Assembly: GCA_030429365.1 (NCBI GenBank)
Contig: JAUIEW010000001.1
Location: 1,864-65,863 of the forward strand
Direction of reading: 5' to 3'
DNA length: 64,000 nt
DNA from: Phycisphaerae bacterium
Lineage (GTDB): Bacteria > Planctomycetota > Phycisphaerae > UBA1845
Shown here: in pieces, positions 63,513 to 64,000 of the stretch
Numbering within the stretch: position 1 is the stretch's first letter
Layout of the letters: the number at the start of each line of letters is the position of its first letter
Made by a program: the position numbers and the translations under genes
The notes under the pieces: generated by a model
What the model saw: the letters and a program-made list of their open reading frames with translations, nothing else
Told to the model about the DNA's origin: nothing
The model's database searches: none

Positions 63513-64000
63513 CAGTCAAACTCCTGGCGATCAGTCAAGAAATGTCTTGAAGCGGTGAGCAGGCTACCCTGTACTGATTTGGCGTGCTCCGTAAAACCAA
63601 TACGTTAGGGGCACTGCCAAATCGCAATGGCATCGTTCAAGATTGCGCGCAATCCCGACTGGGCAGGGGCCGGGTACAGGTATGAATCCGCCCGGCATTC
63701 CACAACAGACTGTGGGCGGCGGATTCCGAGAAAAACCGTCTCAGCGCTCGTACAAACGGCATCTCACACCCCTTGTCAAAACGCCCAGCTTGCTTGGCTA
63801 TACCATCTTGGACCGTCTTTCTTTTGGCGGTGCGTTTCGGGGTGAAAGGGGGTTCTCCCCTGTTTGACTGGTCGGAATAGGTGCACGGTTCTGGAGATTC
63901 TGATCCCTTGGCGGGTGGGGATTGGGCGTTTTTGGGGCTTTGCAGGGTCTTGGTGGGGTGCGGGTATGCACATGCGGGGATCGTCTGGCATTAGAATAGA

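Noticed and set aside
63627-63991. Three short ORFs (72, 74 and 71 aa) at the window end
   Set aside because: They mutually overlap, have no RBS or motifs, and have low-complexity products. The region is treated as non-coding.

Overview
The window reads as a chromosomal segment from a moderately GC-rich Planctomycetota-like genome. This is inferred from a DUF1559/H-X9-DG prepilin-like protein, lamin-tail-domain and Cys-rich secreted proteins, a Planctomycete-style ECF sigma factor and an exosortase locus. No rRNA, tRNA, CRISPR array, transposase or integrase was recognised. Main blocks follow.

(1) 23-4363: a 1446-aa secreted protein with four LTD modules and six copies of a ~36-aa six-cysteine module.

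(2) 4.5-14.4 kb: mixed housekeeping genes, including a sugar transferase, pilT, a creatininase-family protein, a methyltransferase, an IYD-like nitroreductase, hslU without hslV, rpsU, a STAS protein and an expanded RNase HII-like protein.

(3) 14.8-25.7 kb: a cupredoxin gene followed by a 12-gene, same-strand aa3-type cytochrome oxidase and biogenesis cluster. The order is ctaC-ctaD-ctaE-subunit IV, two small membrane proteins, ctaA-ctaB, ABC ATPase, ABC-2 permease, SCO and DUF420. It has unusual insertions in CtaC and CtaA.

(4) 25.7-28.7 kb: a stand-alone three-module Cys-rich protein and a tightly coupled Met-related operon.

(5) 29.2-33.6 kb: a pilin-like gene, rsmA, a small lower-GC islet of three small genes, and thrC.

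(6) 33.8-44.1 kb: a minus-strand exopolysaccharide export and precursor locus. The order is Wza-like, exosortase, Wzc-like, DegT aminotransferase, UDP-xylose synthase, NusG paralog, Ugd and epimerase.

(7) 45-64 kb: a HEAT-repeat protein, leuS, a CYTH protein, sppA, a zincin-like protein, an ABC triad with a 799-aa membrane protein, a DMT transporter, a thioesterase, an ECF sigma factor, an S2P-like protease and two lower-GC membrane proteins.

The least-explained signals are three families of structured intergenic repeats. One is a ~150-bp inverted hairpin doublet with compensatory stem changes. One is a GTAG-headed 65-nt REP doublet. One is a GGGAATGACGGCGC hairpin family. The six-Cys module and the remodelled oxidase cluster also stand out.

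All calls rest on reading the ORF translations and the DNA by eye. Start codons were reassigned where conserved N-termini or Shine-Dalgarno motifs indicated it, and they remain approximate.
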